Shown here: positions 1 through 14,256 of the stretch, piece by piece
Position numbering within the stretch: the stretch's first letter is position 1
How the letters are laid out: the number at the start of each line of letters is the position of its first letter
From: Auanema rhodensis
Lineage: Eukaryota > Animalia > Nematoda
Reading direction: 5' to 3'
Assembly (NCBI GenBank): GCA_964057225.1
Contig: OZ059899.1
Coordinates: 372,001-436,000, forward strand
DNA: 64,000 bases
The notes under the pieces: model-generated
Told to the model about the DNA's origin: nothing
The model's database searches: none
Seen by the model: only the letters and a program-made list of their open reading frames with translations
Program-made: the position numbers and the translations under genes

Positions 1-880
1 ACATTTAATTAGCATAAATTAAAGTTCACGTAAATTTCAAAGTCATGGTTACCATGCACCAATATCAATAAAAATTTGTTTTTAGACTAATATGGACATG
101 GGGAATCTAATTTTGAGAACCGCATCTTTTTATCTTTCACGTGAAGCGAGTTACATACCAAGTGCACATCACGTGTACATTTAATTAGCATAAATTAAAG
201 TTCACGTAAATTTCAAAGTCATGGTTACCATGCACCAATATCAATAAAAATTTGTTTTTAGACTAATATGGACATGGGGAATCTAATTTTGAAAACCGCA
301 TCTCTTTATCTTTCACGTGAAGCGAGTTACATACCAAGGGCACATCACGTGTACATTTAATTAGCATAAATTAAAGTTCACGTAAATTTCAAAGTCATGG
401 TTACCATGCACCAATATCAATAAAAATTTGTTTTTAGACTAATATGGACATGGGGAATCTAATTTTGAAAACCGCATCTCTTTATCTTTCACGTGAAGCG
501 AGTTACATACCAAGTGCACATCACGTGTACATTTAATTAGCATAAATTGAAGTTCACGTAAATTTCAAAGTCATGGTTACCATGAACCAATATCAATAAA
601 AATTTGTTTTTAGACTAATATGGACATGGGGTATCTAATTTTGAAAACCGCATCTCTTTATCTTTCACGTGAAGCGAGTTACATACCAAGTGCACATCAC
701 GTGTACATTTAATTAGCATAAATTAAAGTTCACGTAAATTTCAAAGTCATGGTTACCATGAACCAATATCAATAAAAATTTTTTTTTAGACTAATATGGA
801 CATGGGGAATCTAATTTTGAAAACCGCATCTCTTTATCTTTCACGTGAAGCGAGTTACATACCAAGTGCACATCACGTGT

Positions 881-3800
881 ACATTTAATTAGCATAAATT
901 AAAGTTCACGTAAATTTCAAAGTCATGGTTACCATGCACAAATATCAATAAAAATTTGTTTTTAGACTAATATGGACATGGGGAATCTAATTTTGAAAAC
1001 CGCATCTCTTTATCTTTCACGTGAAGCGAGTTACATACCAAGTGCACATCACGTGTACATTTAATTAGCATAAATTGAAGTTCACGTAAATTTCAAAGTC
1101 ATGGTTACCATGAACCAATATCAATAAAAATTTGTTTTTAGACTAATATGGACATGGGGAATCTAATTTTGAAAACCGCATCTCTTTATCTTTCACGTGA
1201 AGCGAGTTACATACCAAGGGCACATCACGTGTACATTTAATTAGCATAAATTAAAGTTCACGTAAATTTCAAAGTCATGGTTACCATGCACCAATATCAA
1301 TAAAAATTTGTTTTTAGACTAATATGGACATGGGGAATCTAATTTTGAAAACCGCATCTCTTTATCTTTCACGTGAAGCGAGTTACATACCAAGGGCACA
1401 TCACGTGTACATTTAATTAGCATAAATTAAAGTTCACGTAAATTTCAAAGTCATGGTTACCATGCACCAATATCAATAAAAATTTGTTTTTAGACTAATA
1501 TGGACATGGGGAATCTAATTTTGAAAACCGCATCTCTTTATCTTTCACGTGAAGCGAGTTACATACCAAGTGCACATCACGTGTACATTTAATTAGCATA
1601 AATTAAAGTTCACGTAAATTTCAAAGTCATGGTTACCATGCACCAATATCAATAAAAATTTGTTTTTAGACTAATATGGACATGGGGAATCTAATTTTGA
1701 AAACCGCATCTCTTTATCTTTCACGTGAAGCGAGTTACATACCAAGGGCACATCACGTGTACATTTAATTAGCATAAATTAAAGTTCACGTAAATTTCAA
1801 AGTCATGGTTACCATGCACCAATATCAATAAAAATTTGTTTTTAGACTAATATGGACATGGGGAATCTAATTTTGAAAACCGCATCTCTTTATCTTTCAC
1901 GTGAAGCGAGTTACATACCAAGGGCACATCACGTGTACATTTAATTAGCATAAATTAAAGTTCACGTAAATTTCAAAGTCATGGTTACCATGCACCAATA
2001 TCAATAAAAATTTGTTTTTAGACTAATATGGACATGGGGAATCTAATTTTGGAAACCGAATCTCTTTATCTTTCACGTGAAGCGAGTTACATACCAAGTG
2101 CACATCACGTGTACATTTAATTAGCATAAATTAAAGTTCACGTAAATTTCAAAGTCATGGTTACCATGCACCAATATCAATAAAAATTTGTTTTTAGACT
2201 AATATGGACATGGGGAATCTAATTTTGAAAACCGCATCTCTTTATCTTTCACGTGAAGCGAGTTACATACCAAGGGCACATCACGTGTACATTTAATTAG
2301 CATAAATTAAAGTTCACGTAAATTTCAAAGTCATGGTTACCATGCACCAATATCAATAAAAATTTGTTTTTAGACTAATATGGACATGGGGAATCTAATT
2401 TTGAAAACCGCATCTCTTTATCTTTCACGTGAAGCGAGTTACATACCAAGTGCACATCACGTGTACATTTAATTAGCATAAATTAAAGTTCACGTAAATT
2501 TCAAAGTCATGGTTACCATGAACCAATATCAATAAAAATTTGTTTTTAGACTAATATGGACATGGGGAATCTAATTTTGAAAACCGCATCTCTTTATCTT
2601 TCATGTGAAGCGAGTTACATACCAAGTGCACATCACGTGTACATTTAATTAGCATAAATTAAAGTTCACGTAAATTTCAAAGTCATGGTTACCATGCACA
2701 AATATCAATAAAAATTTGTTTTTAGACTAATATGGACATGGGGAATCTAATTTTGAAAACCGCATCTCTTTATCTTTCACGTGAAGCGAGTTACATACCA
2801 AGTGCACATCACGTGTACATTTAATTAGCATAAATTGAAGTTCACGTAAATTTCAAAGTCATGGTTACCATGAACCAATATCAATAAAAATTTGTTTTTA
2901 GACTAATATGGACATGGGGAATCTAATTTTGAAAACCGCATCTCTTTATCTTTCACGTGAAGCGAGTTACATACCAAGGGCACATCACGTGTACATTTAA
3001 TTAGCATAAATTAAAGTTCACGTAAATTTCAAAGTCATGGTTACCATGCACCAATATCAATAAAAATTTGTTTTTAGACTAATATGGACATGGGGAATCT
3101 AATTTTGAAAACCGCATCTCTTTATCTTTCACGTGAAGCGAGTTACATACCAAGGGCACATCACGTGTACATTTAATTAGCATAAATTAAAGTTCACGTA
3201 AATTTCAAAGTCATGGTTACCATGCACCAATATCAATAAAAATTTGTTTTTAGACTAATATGGACATGGGGAATCTAATTTTGAAAACCGCATCTCTTTA
3301 TCTTTCACGTGAAGCGAGTTACATACCAAGTGCACATCACGTGTACATTTAATTAGCATAAATTAAAGTTCACGTAAATTTCAAAGTCATGGTTACCATG
3401 CACCAATATCAATAAAAATTTGTTTTTAGACTAATATGGACATGGGGAATCTAATTTTGAAAACCGCATCTCTTTATCTTTCACGTGAAGCGAGTTACAT
3501 ACCAAGGGCACATCACGTGTACATTTAATTAGCATAAATTAAAGTTCACGTAAATTTCAAAGTCATGGTTACCATGCACCAATATCAATAAAAATTTGTT
3601 TTTAGACTAATATGGACATGGGGAATCTAATTTTGAAAACCGCATCTCTTTATCTTTCACGTGAAGCGAGTTACATACCAAGGGCACATCACGTGTACAT
3701 TTAATTAGCATAAATTAAAGTTCACGTAAATTTCAAAGTCATGGTTACCATGCACCAATATCAATAAAAATTTGTTTTTAGACTAATATGGACATGGGGA

Positions 3801-4048
3801 ATCTAATTTTGGAAACCGAATCTCTTTATCTTTCACGTGAAGCGAGTTACATACCAAGTGCACATCACGTGTACATTTAATTAGCATAAATTAAAGTTCA
3901 CGTAAATTTCAAAGTCATGGTTACCATGCACCAATATCAATAAAAATTTGTTTTTAGACTAATATGGACATGGGGAATCTAATTTTGAAAACCGCATCTC
4001 TTTATCTTTCACGTGAAGCGAGTTACATACCAAGGGCACATCACGTGT
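881..4048. repeat. Higher-order repeat with a 10-monomer (1760 bp) period: M6-M13 repeated as M16-M23
   Basis: The order 60A; 21G/57A/163G; G; T; G; G; 116G+123A; G is the same at 881-2288 and 2641-4048. Confidence 0.8.
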
Positions 4049-4224
4049 ACATTTAATTAGCATAAATTAAAGTTCACGTAAATTTCAAAGTCATGGTTAC
4101 CATGCACCAATATCAATAAAAATTTGTTTTTAGACTAATATGGACATGGGGAATCTAATTTTGAAAACCGCATCTCTTTATCTTTCACGTGAAGCGAGTT
4201 ACATACCAAGGGCACATCACGTGT

Positions 4225-7200
4225 ACATTTAATTAGCATAAATTAAAGTTCACGTAAATTTCAAAGTCATGGTTACCATGCACCAATATCAATAAAAATT
4301 TGTTTTTAGACTAATATGGACATGGGGAATCTAATTTTGAAAACCGCATCTCTTTATCTTTCACGTGAAGCGAGTTACATACCAAGTGCACATCTCGTGT
4401 ACATTTAATTAGCATAAATTAAAGTTCACGTAAATTTCAAAGTCATGGTTACCATGAACCAATATTAATGAATATTTGTTTTTAGACTAATATGGACATG
4501 GGGAATCTAATTTTGAAAACCGCATCTCTTTATCTCTCACGTGAAGCGAGTTACATACCAAGGGCACATCACGTGTACATTTAATTAGCATAAATTGAAG
4601 TTCACGTAAATTTCAAAGTCATGGTTACCATGAACCAATATCAATAAAAATTTGTTTTTAGACTAATATGGACATGAGGAATCTAATTTTGAAAACCGCA
4701 TCTCTTCATCTTTCACGTGAAGCGAGTTACATACCAAGTGCACATCACGTGTACATTTAATTAGCATAAATTAAAGTTCACGTAAATTTCAAAGTCATGG
4801 TTACCATGAACCAATATCAATAAAATTTTGTTTTTAGACTAATATGGACATGGGGAATCTCATTTTGAAAACCGCATCTCTTTATCTTTCACGTGAAGCG
4901 AGTTACATACCAAGTGCACATCACGTGTACATTTAATTAGCATAAATTAAAGTTCACGTAAATTTCAAAGTCATGGTTACCATGAACCAATATCAATAAA
5001 AATTTGTTTTTAGACTAATATGGACATGAGGAATCTAATTTTGAAAACCGCATCTCTTTATCTTTCACGTGAAGCGAGTTACATACCAAGTGCACATCTC
5101 GTGTACATTTAATTAGCATAAATTAAAGTTCACGTAAATTTCAAAGTCATGGTTACCATGAACCAATATCAATAAAAATTTGTTTTTAGACTAATATGGA
5201 CATGGGGAATCTAATTTTGGAAACCGCATCTCTTTATCTTTCACGTGAAGCGAGTTACATACCAAGTGCACATCACGTGTACATTTAATTAGCATAAATT
5301 GAAGTTCACGTAAATTTCAAAGTCATGGTTACCATGAACCAATATCAATAAAAATTTGTTTTTAGACTAATATGGACATGGGGAATCTAATTTTGAAAAC
5401 CGCATCTCTTTATCTTTCACGTGAAGCGAGTTACATACCAAGTGCACATCACGTGTACATTTAATTAGCATAAATTAAAGTTCACGTAAATTTCAAAGTC
5501 ATGGTTACCATGCACCAATATCAATAAAAATTTGTTTTTAGACTAATATGGACATGGGGAATCTAATTTTGAACACCGCATCTCTTTATCTTTCACGTGA
5601 AGCGAGTTACATACCAAGTGCACATCACGTGTACATTTAATTAGCATAAATTAAAGTTCACGTAAATTTCAAAGTCATGGTTACCATGCACCAATATCAA
5701 TAAAAATTTGTTTTTAGACTAATAAGGACATGGGGAATCTAATTTTGAAAACCGCATCTCTTTATCTTTCACGTGAAGCGAGTTACATACCAAGTGCACA
5801 TCACGTGTACATTTAATTAGCATAAATTAAAGTTCACGTAAATTTCAAAGTCATGGTTACCATGAACCAATATCAATAAAAATTTGTTTTTAGACTAATA
5901 TGGACATGGGAAATCTAATTTTGAAAACCGCATCTCTTTATCTTTCACGTGAAGCGAGTTACATACCAAGTGCACATCACGTGTACATTTAATTAGCATA
6001 AATTAAAGTTCACGTAAATTTCAAAGTCATGGTTACCATGCACCAATATCAATAAAAATTTGTTTTTAGACTAATATGGACATGGGGAATCTAATTTTGG
6101 AAACCGAATCTCTTTATCTTTCACGTGAAGCGAGTTACATACCAAGTGCACATCACGTGTACATTTAATTAGCATAAATTAAAGTTCACGTAAATTTCAA
6201 AGTCATGGTTACCATGCACCAATATCAATAAAAATTTGTTTTTAGACTAATATGGACATGGGGAATCTAATTTTGAAAACCGCATCTCTTTATCTTTCAC
6301 GTGAAGCGAGTTACATACCAAGGGCACATCACGTGTACATTTAATTAGCATAAATTAAAGTTCACGTAAATTTCAAAGTCATGGTTACCATGCACCAATA
6401 TCAATAAAAATTTGTTTTTAGACTAATATGGACATGGGGAATCTAATTTTGAAAACCGCATCTCTTTATCTTTCACGTGAAGCGAGTTACATACCAAGGG
6501 CACATCACGTGTACATTTAATTAGCATAAATTAAAGTTCACGTAAATTTCAAAGTCATGGTTACCATGCACCAATATCAATAAAAATTTGTTTTTAGACT
6601 AATATGGACATGGGGAATCTAATTTTGGAAACCGAATCTCTTTATCTTCCACGTGAAGCGAGTTACATACCAAGTGCACATCACGTGTACATTTAATTAG
6701 CATAAATTAAAGTTCACGTAAATTTCAAAGTCATGGTTACCATGCACCAATATCAATAAAAATTTGTTTTTAGACTAATATGGACATGGGGAATCTAATT
6801 TTGAAAACCGCATCTCTTTATCTCTCACGTGAAGCGAGTTACATACCAAGGGCACATCACGTGTACATTTAATTAGCATAAATTGAAGTTCACGTAAATT
6901 TCAAAGTCATGGTTACCATGAACCAATATCAATAAAAATTTGTTTTTAGACTAATATGGACATGGGGTATCTAATTTTGAAAACCGCATCTCTTTATCTT
7001 TCACGTGAAGCGAGTTACATACCAAGTGCACATCACGTGTACATTTAATTAGCATAAATTAAAGTTCACGTAAATTTCAAAGTCATGGTTACCATGCACC
7101 AATATCAATAAAAATTTGTTTTTAGACTAATATGGACATGGGGAATCTAATTTTGAAAACCGCATCTCTTTATCTTTCACGTGAAGCGAGTTACATACCA

Positions 7201-9856
7201 AGTGCACATCTCGTGTACATTTAATTAGCATAAATTAAAGTTCACGTAAATTTCAAAGTCATGGTTACCATGAACCAATATCAATGAATATTTGTTTTTA
7301 GACTAATATGGACATGGGGAATCTAATTTTGAAAACCGCATCTCTTTATCTCTCACGTGAAGCGAGTTACATACCAAGGGCACATCACGTGTACATTTAA
7401 TTAGCATAAATTGAAGTTCACGTAAATTTCAAAGTCATGGTTACCATGAACCAATATCAATAAAAATTTGTTTTTAGACTAATATGGACATGAGGAATCT
7501 AATTTTGAAAACCGCATCTCTTCATCTTTCACGTGAAGCGAGTTACATACCAAGTGCACATCACGTGTACATTTAATTAGCATAAATTAAAGTTCACGTA
7601 AATTTCAAAGTCATGGTTACCATGAACCAATATCAATAAAATTTTGTTTTTAGACTAATATGGACATGGGGAATCTCATTTTGAAAACCGCATCTCTTTA
7701 TCTTTCACGTGAAGCGAGTTACATACCAAGTGCACATCACGTGTACATTTAATTAGCATAAATTAAAGTTCACGTAAATTTCAAAGTCATGGTTACCATG
7801 AACCAATATCAATAAAAATTTGTTTTTAGACTAATATGGACATGAGGAATCTAATTTTGAAAACCGCATCTCTTTATCTTTCACGTGAAGCGAGTTACAT
7901 ACCAAGTGCACATCTCGTGTACATTTAATTAGCATAAATTAAAGTTCACGTAAATTTCAAAGTCATGGTTACCATGAACCAATATCAATAAAAATTTGTT
8001 TTTAGACTAATATGGACATGGGGAATCTAATTTTGGAAACCGCATCTCTTTATCTTTCACGTGAAGCGAGTTACATACCAAGTGCACATCACGTGTACAT
8101 TTAATTAGCATAAATTGAAGTTCACGTAAATTTCAAAGTCATGGTTACCATGAACCAATATCAATAAAAATTTGTTTTTAGACTAATATGGACATGGGGA
8201 ATCTAATTTTGAAAACCGCATCTCTTTATCTTTCACGTGAAGCGAGTTACATACCAAGTGCACATCACGTGTACATTTAATTAGCATAAATTAAAGTTCA
8301 CGTAAATTTCAAAGTCATGGTTACCATGCACCAATATCAATAAAAATTTGTTTTTAGACTAATATGGACATGGGGAATCTAATTTTGAACACCGCATCTC
8401 TTTATCTTTCACGTGAAGCGAGTTACATACCAAGTGCACATCACGTGTACATTTAATTAGCATAAATTAAAGTTCACGTAAATTTCAAAGTCATGGTTAC
8501 CATGCACCAATATCAATAAAAATTTGTTTTTAGACTAATAAGGACATGGGGAATCTAATTTTGAAAACCGCATCTCTTTATCTTTCACGTGAAGCGAGTT
8601 ACATACCAAGTGCACATCACGTGTACATTTAATTAGCATAAATTAAAGTTCACGTAAATTTCAAAGTCATGGTTACCATGAACCAATATCAATAAAAATT
8701 TGTTTTTAGACTAATATGGACATGGGAAATCTAATTTTGAAAACCGCATCTCTTTATCTTTCACGTGAAGCGAGTTACATACCAAGTGCACATCACGTGT
8801 ACATTTAATTAGCATAAATTAAAGTTCACGTAAATTTCAAAGTCATGGTTACCATGCACCAATATCAATAAAAATTTGTTTTTAGACTAATATGGACATG
8901 GGGAATCTAATTTTGGAAACCGAATCTCTTTATCTTTCACGTGAAGCGAGTTACATACCAAGTGCACATCACGTGTACATTTAATTAGCATAAATTAAAG
9001 TTCACGTAAATTTCAAAGTCATGGTTACCATGCACCAATATCAATAAAAATTTGTTTTTAGACTAATATGGACATGGGGAATCTAATTTTGAAAACCGCA
9101 TCTCTTTATCTTTCACGTGAAGCGAGTTACATACCAAGGGCACATCACGTGTACATTTAATTAGCATAAATTAAAGTTCACGTAAATTTCAAAGTCATGG
9201 TTACCATGCACCAATATCAATAAAAATTTGTTTTTAGACTAATATGGACATGGGGAATCTAATTTTGAAAACCGCATCTCTTTATCTTTCACGTGAAGCG
9301 AGTTACATACCAAGGGCACATCACGTGTACATTTAATTAGCATAAATTAAAGTTCACGTAAATTTCAAAGTCATGGTTACCATGCACCAATATCAATAAA
9401 AATTTGTTTTTAGACTAATATGGACATGGGGAATCTAATTTTGGAAACCGAATCTCTTTATCTTCCACGTGAAGCGAGTTACATACCAAGTGCACATCAC
9501 GTGTACATTTAATTAGCATAAATTAAAGTTCACGTAAATTTCAAAGTCATGGTTACCATGCACCAATATCAATAAAAATTTGTTTTTAGACTAATATGGA
9601 CATGGGGAATCTAATTTTGAAAACCGCATCTCTTTATCTCTCACGTGAAGCGAGTTACATACCAAGGGCACATCACGTGTACATTTAATTAGCATAAATT
9701 GAAGTTCACGTAAATTTCAAAGTCATGGTTACCATGAACCAATATCAATAAAAATTTGTTTTTAGACTAATATGGACATGGGGTATCTAATTTTGAAAAC
9801 CGCATCTCTTTATCTTTCACGTGAAGCGAGTTACATACCAAGTGCACATCACGTGT
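4225..9856. repeat. Tandem 16-mer (2816 bp) duplication: M25-M40 = M41-M56
   Basis: Rare markers 171T, 70G+73T, 101A+131C, 74T+109C, 118C, 93A, 103A, 137C and 104T recur in the same order at +2816 bp. The only difference seen is 66T at 4466. Confidence 0.92.
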
Positions 9857-12800
9857 ACATTTAATTAGCATAAATTAAAGTTCACGTAAATTTCAAAGTC
9901 ATGGTTACCATGCACCAATATCAATAAAAATTTGTTTTTAGACTAATATGGACATGGGGAATCTAATTTTGAACACCGCATCTCTTTATCTTTCACGTGA
10001 AGCGAGTTACATACCAAGTGCACATCACGTGTACATTTAATTAGCATAAATTAAAGTTCACGTAAATTTCAAAGTCATGGTTACCATGCACCAATATCAA
10101 TAAAAATTTGTTTTTAGACTAATAAGGACATGGGGAATCTAATTTTGAAAACCGCATCTCTTTATCTTTCACGTGAAGCGAGTTACATACCAAGTGCACA
10201 TCACGTGTACATTTAATTAGCATAAATTAAAGTTCACGTAAATTTCAAAGTCATGGTTACCATGAACCAATATCAATAAAAATTTGTTTTTAGACTAATA
10301 TGGACATGGGAAATCTAATTTTGAAAACCGCATCTCTTTATCTTTCACGTGAAGCGAGTTACATACCAAGTGCACATCACGTGTACATTTAATTAGCATA
10401 AATTAAAGTTCACGTAAATTTCAAAGTCATGGTTACCATGCACCAATATCAATAAAAATTTGTTTTTAGACTAATATGGACATGGGGAATCTAATTTTGG
10501 AAACCGAATCTCTTTATCTTTCACGTGAAGCGAGTTACATACCAAGTGCACATCACGTGTACATTTAATTAGCATAAATTAAAGTTCACGTAAATTTCAA
10601 AGTCATGGTTACCATGCACCAATATCAATAAAAATTTGTTTTTAGACTAATATGGACATGGGGAATCTAATTTTGAAAACCGCATCTCTTTATCTTTCAC
10701 GTGAAGCGAGTTACATACCAAGGGCACATCACGTGTACATTTAATTAGCATAAATTAAAGTTCACGTAAATTTCAAAGTCATGGTTACCATGCACCAATA
10801 TCAATAAAAATTTGTTTTTAGACTAATATGGACATGGGGAATCTAATTTTGAAAACCGCATCTCTTTATCTTTCACGTGAAGCGAGTTACATACCAAGGG
10901 CACATCACGTGTACATTTAATTAGCATAAATTAAAGTTCACGTAAATTTCAAAGTCATGGTTACCATGCACCAATATCAATAAAAATTTGTTTTTAGACT
11001 AATATGGACATGGGGAATCTAATTTTGAAAACCGCATCTCTTTATCTTTCACGTGAAGCGAGTTACATACCAAGGGCACATCACGTGTACATTTAATTAG
11101 CATAAATTAAAGTTCACGTAAATTTCAAAGTCATGGTTACCATGCACCAATATCAATAAAAATTTGTTTTTAGACTAATATGCACATGGGGAATCTAATT
11201 TTGGAAACCGAATCTCTTTATCTTTCACGTGAAGCGAGTTACATACCAAGTGCACATCACGTGTACATTTAATTAGCATAAATTAAAGTTCACGTAAATT
11301 TCAAAGTCATGGTTACCATGCACCAATATCAATAAAAATTTGTTTTTAGACTAATATGGACATGGGGAATCTAATTTTGAAAACCGCATCTCTTTATCTT
11401 TCACGTGAAGCGAGTTACATACCAAGGGCACATCACGTGTACATTTAATTAGCATAAATTAAAGTTCACGTAAATTTCAAAGTCATGGTTACCATGCACC
11501 AATATCAATAAAAATTTGTTTTTAGACTAATATGGACATGGGGAATCTAATTTTGAAAACCGCATCTCTTTATCTTTCACGTGAAGCGAGTTACATACCA
11601 AGGGCACATCACGTGTACATTTAATTAGCATAAATTAAAGTTCACGTAAATTTCAAAGTCATGGTTACCATGCACCAATATCAATAAAAATTTGTTTTTA
11701 GACTAATATGGACATGGGGAATCTAATTTTGGAAACCGAATCTCTTTATCTTTCACGTGAAGCGAGTTACATACCAAGTGCACATCACGTGTACATTTAA
11801 TTAGCATAAATTAAAGTTCACGTAAATTTCAAAGTCATGGTTACCATGCACCAATATCAATAAAATTTTGTTTTTAGACTAATATGGACATGGGGAATCT
11901 AATTTTGAAAACCGCATCTCTTTATCTCTCACGTGAAGCGAGTTACATACCAAGGGCACATCACGTGTACATTTAATTAGCATAAATTGAAGTTCACGTA
12001 AATTTCAAAGTCATGGTTACCATGAACCAATATCAATAAAAATTTGTTTTTAGACTAATATGGACATGGGGTATCTAATTTTGAAAACCGCATCTCTTTA
12101 TCTTTCACGTGAAGCGAGTTACATACCAAGTGCACATCACGTGTACATTTAATTAGCATAAATTAAAGTTCACGTAAATTTCAAAGTCATGGTTACCATG
12201 AACCAATATCAATAAAAATTTGTTTTTAGACTAATATGGACATGGGAAATCTAATTTTGAAAACCGCATCTCTTTATCTTTCACGTGAAGCGAGTTACAT
12301 ACCAAGTGCACATCACGTGTACATTTAATTAGCATAAATTAAAGTTCACGTAAATTTCAAAGTCATGGTTACCATGCACCAATATCAATAAAAATTTGTT
12401 TTTAGACTAATATGGACATGGGGAATCTAATTTTGGAAACCGAATCTCTTTATCTTTCACGTGAAGCGAGTTACATACCAAGTGCACATCACGTGTACAT
12501 TTAATTAGCATAAATTAAAGTTCACGTAAATTTCAAAGTCATGGTTACCATGCACCAATATCAATAAAAATTTGTTTTTAGACTAATATGGACATGGGGA
12601 ATCTAATTTTGAAAACCGCATCTCTTTATCTTTCACGTGAAGCGAGTTACATACCAAGGGCACATCACGTGTACATTTAATTAGCATAAATTAAAGTTCA
12701 CGTAAATTTCAAAGTCATGGTTACCATGCACCAATATCAATAAAAATTTGTTTTTAGACTAATATGGACATGGGGAATCTAATTTTGAAAACCGCATCTC

Positions 12801-14256
12801 TTTATCTTTCACGTGAAGCGAGTTACATACCAAGGGCACATCACGTGTACATTTAATTAGCATAAATTAAAGTTCACGTAAATTTCAAAGTCATGGTTAC
12901 CATGCACCAATATCAATAAAAATTTGTTTTTAGACTAATATGGACATGGGGAATCTAATTTTGGAAACCGAATCTCTTTATCTTTCACGTGAAGCGAGTT
13001 ACATACCAAGTGCACATCACGTGTACATTTAATTAGCATAAATTAAAGTTCACGTAAATTTCAAAGTCATGGTTACCATGCACCAATATCAATAAAAATT
13101 TGTTTTTAGACTAATATGGACATGGGGAATCTAATTTTGAAAACCGCATCTCTTTATCTCTCACGTGAAGCGAGTTACATACCAAGGGCACATCACGTGT
13201 ACATTTAATTAGCATAAATTGAAGTTCACGTAAATTTCAAAGTCATGGTTACCATGAACCAATATCAATAAAAATTTGTTTTTAGACTAATATGGACATG
13301 GGGTATCTAATTTTGAAAACCGCATCTCTTTATCTTTCACGTGAAGCGAGTTACATACCAAGTGCACATCACGTGTACATTTAATTAGCATAAATTAAAG
13401 TTCACGTAAATTTCAAAGTCATGGTTACCATGAACCAATATCAATAAAAATTTTTTTTTAGACTAATATGGACATGGGGAATCTAATTTTGAAAACCGCA
13501 TCTCTTTATCTTTCACGTGAAGCGAGTTACATACCAAGTGCACATCACGTGTACATTTAATTAGCATAAATTAAAGTTCACGTAAATTTCAAAGTCATGG
13601 TTACCATGCACAAATATCAATAAAAATTTGTTTTTAGACTAATATGGACATGGGGAATCTAATTTTGAAAACCGCATCTCTTTATCTTTCACGTGAAGCG
13701 AGTTACATACCAAGTGCACATCACGTGTACATTTAATTAGCATAAATTAAAATTCACGTAAATTTCAAAGTCATGGTTACCATGCACCAATATCAATAAA
13801 AATTTGTTTTTAGACTAATATGGACATGGGAAATCTAATTTTGAAAACCGCATCTCTTTATCTTTCACGTGAAGCGAGTTACATACCAAGTGCACATCAC
13901 GTGTACATTTAATTTGTATAAATTAAAGTTCACGTAAATTTCAAAGTCATGGTTACCATGAACCAATATCAATAAAAATTTGTTTTTAGACTAATATGGA
14001 CATGGGGAATCTAATTTTGAAAACCGCATCTCTTTATCTTTCACGTGAAGCAAGTTACATACCAAGTGCACATCACGTGTACATTTAATTAGCATAAACT
14101 AAAGTTCACGTAAATTTCAAAGTCATGGTTACCATGCACCAATATCAATAAAAATTTGTTTTTAGACTAATATGGACATAGGGAATCTAATTTTGAAAAC
14201 CGCATCTCTTTATCTTTCACGTGAAGCGAGTTACATACCAAGTGCACATCACGTGT

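Noticed and set aside
68-73. AATAAA polyadenylation signal or promoter-like AT-rich motifs in each monomer
   Set aside because: Expected by chance in 68% AT sequence, with no associated transcription unit.
1-176. Identity with known ~176-bp satellites (Brassica CentBr, honeybee AluI, Arabidopsis CEN178, primate alpha satellite)
   Set aside because: Only the length is similar. The consensus has no AAGCTT or AGCT site and no CENP-B box, and I recognise no sequence similarity. A database search is needed for a real assignment.
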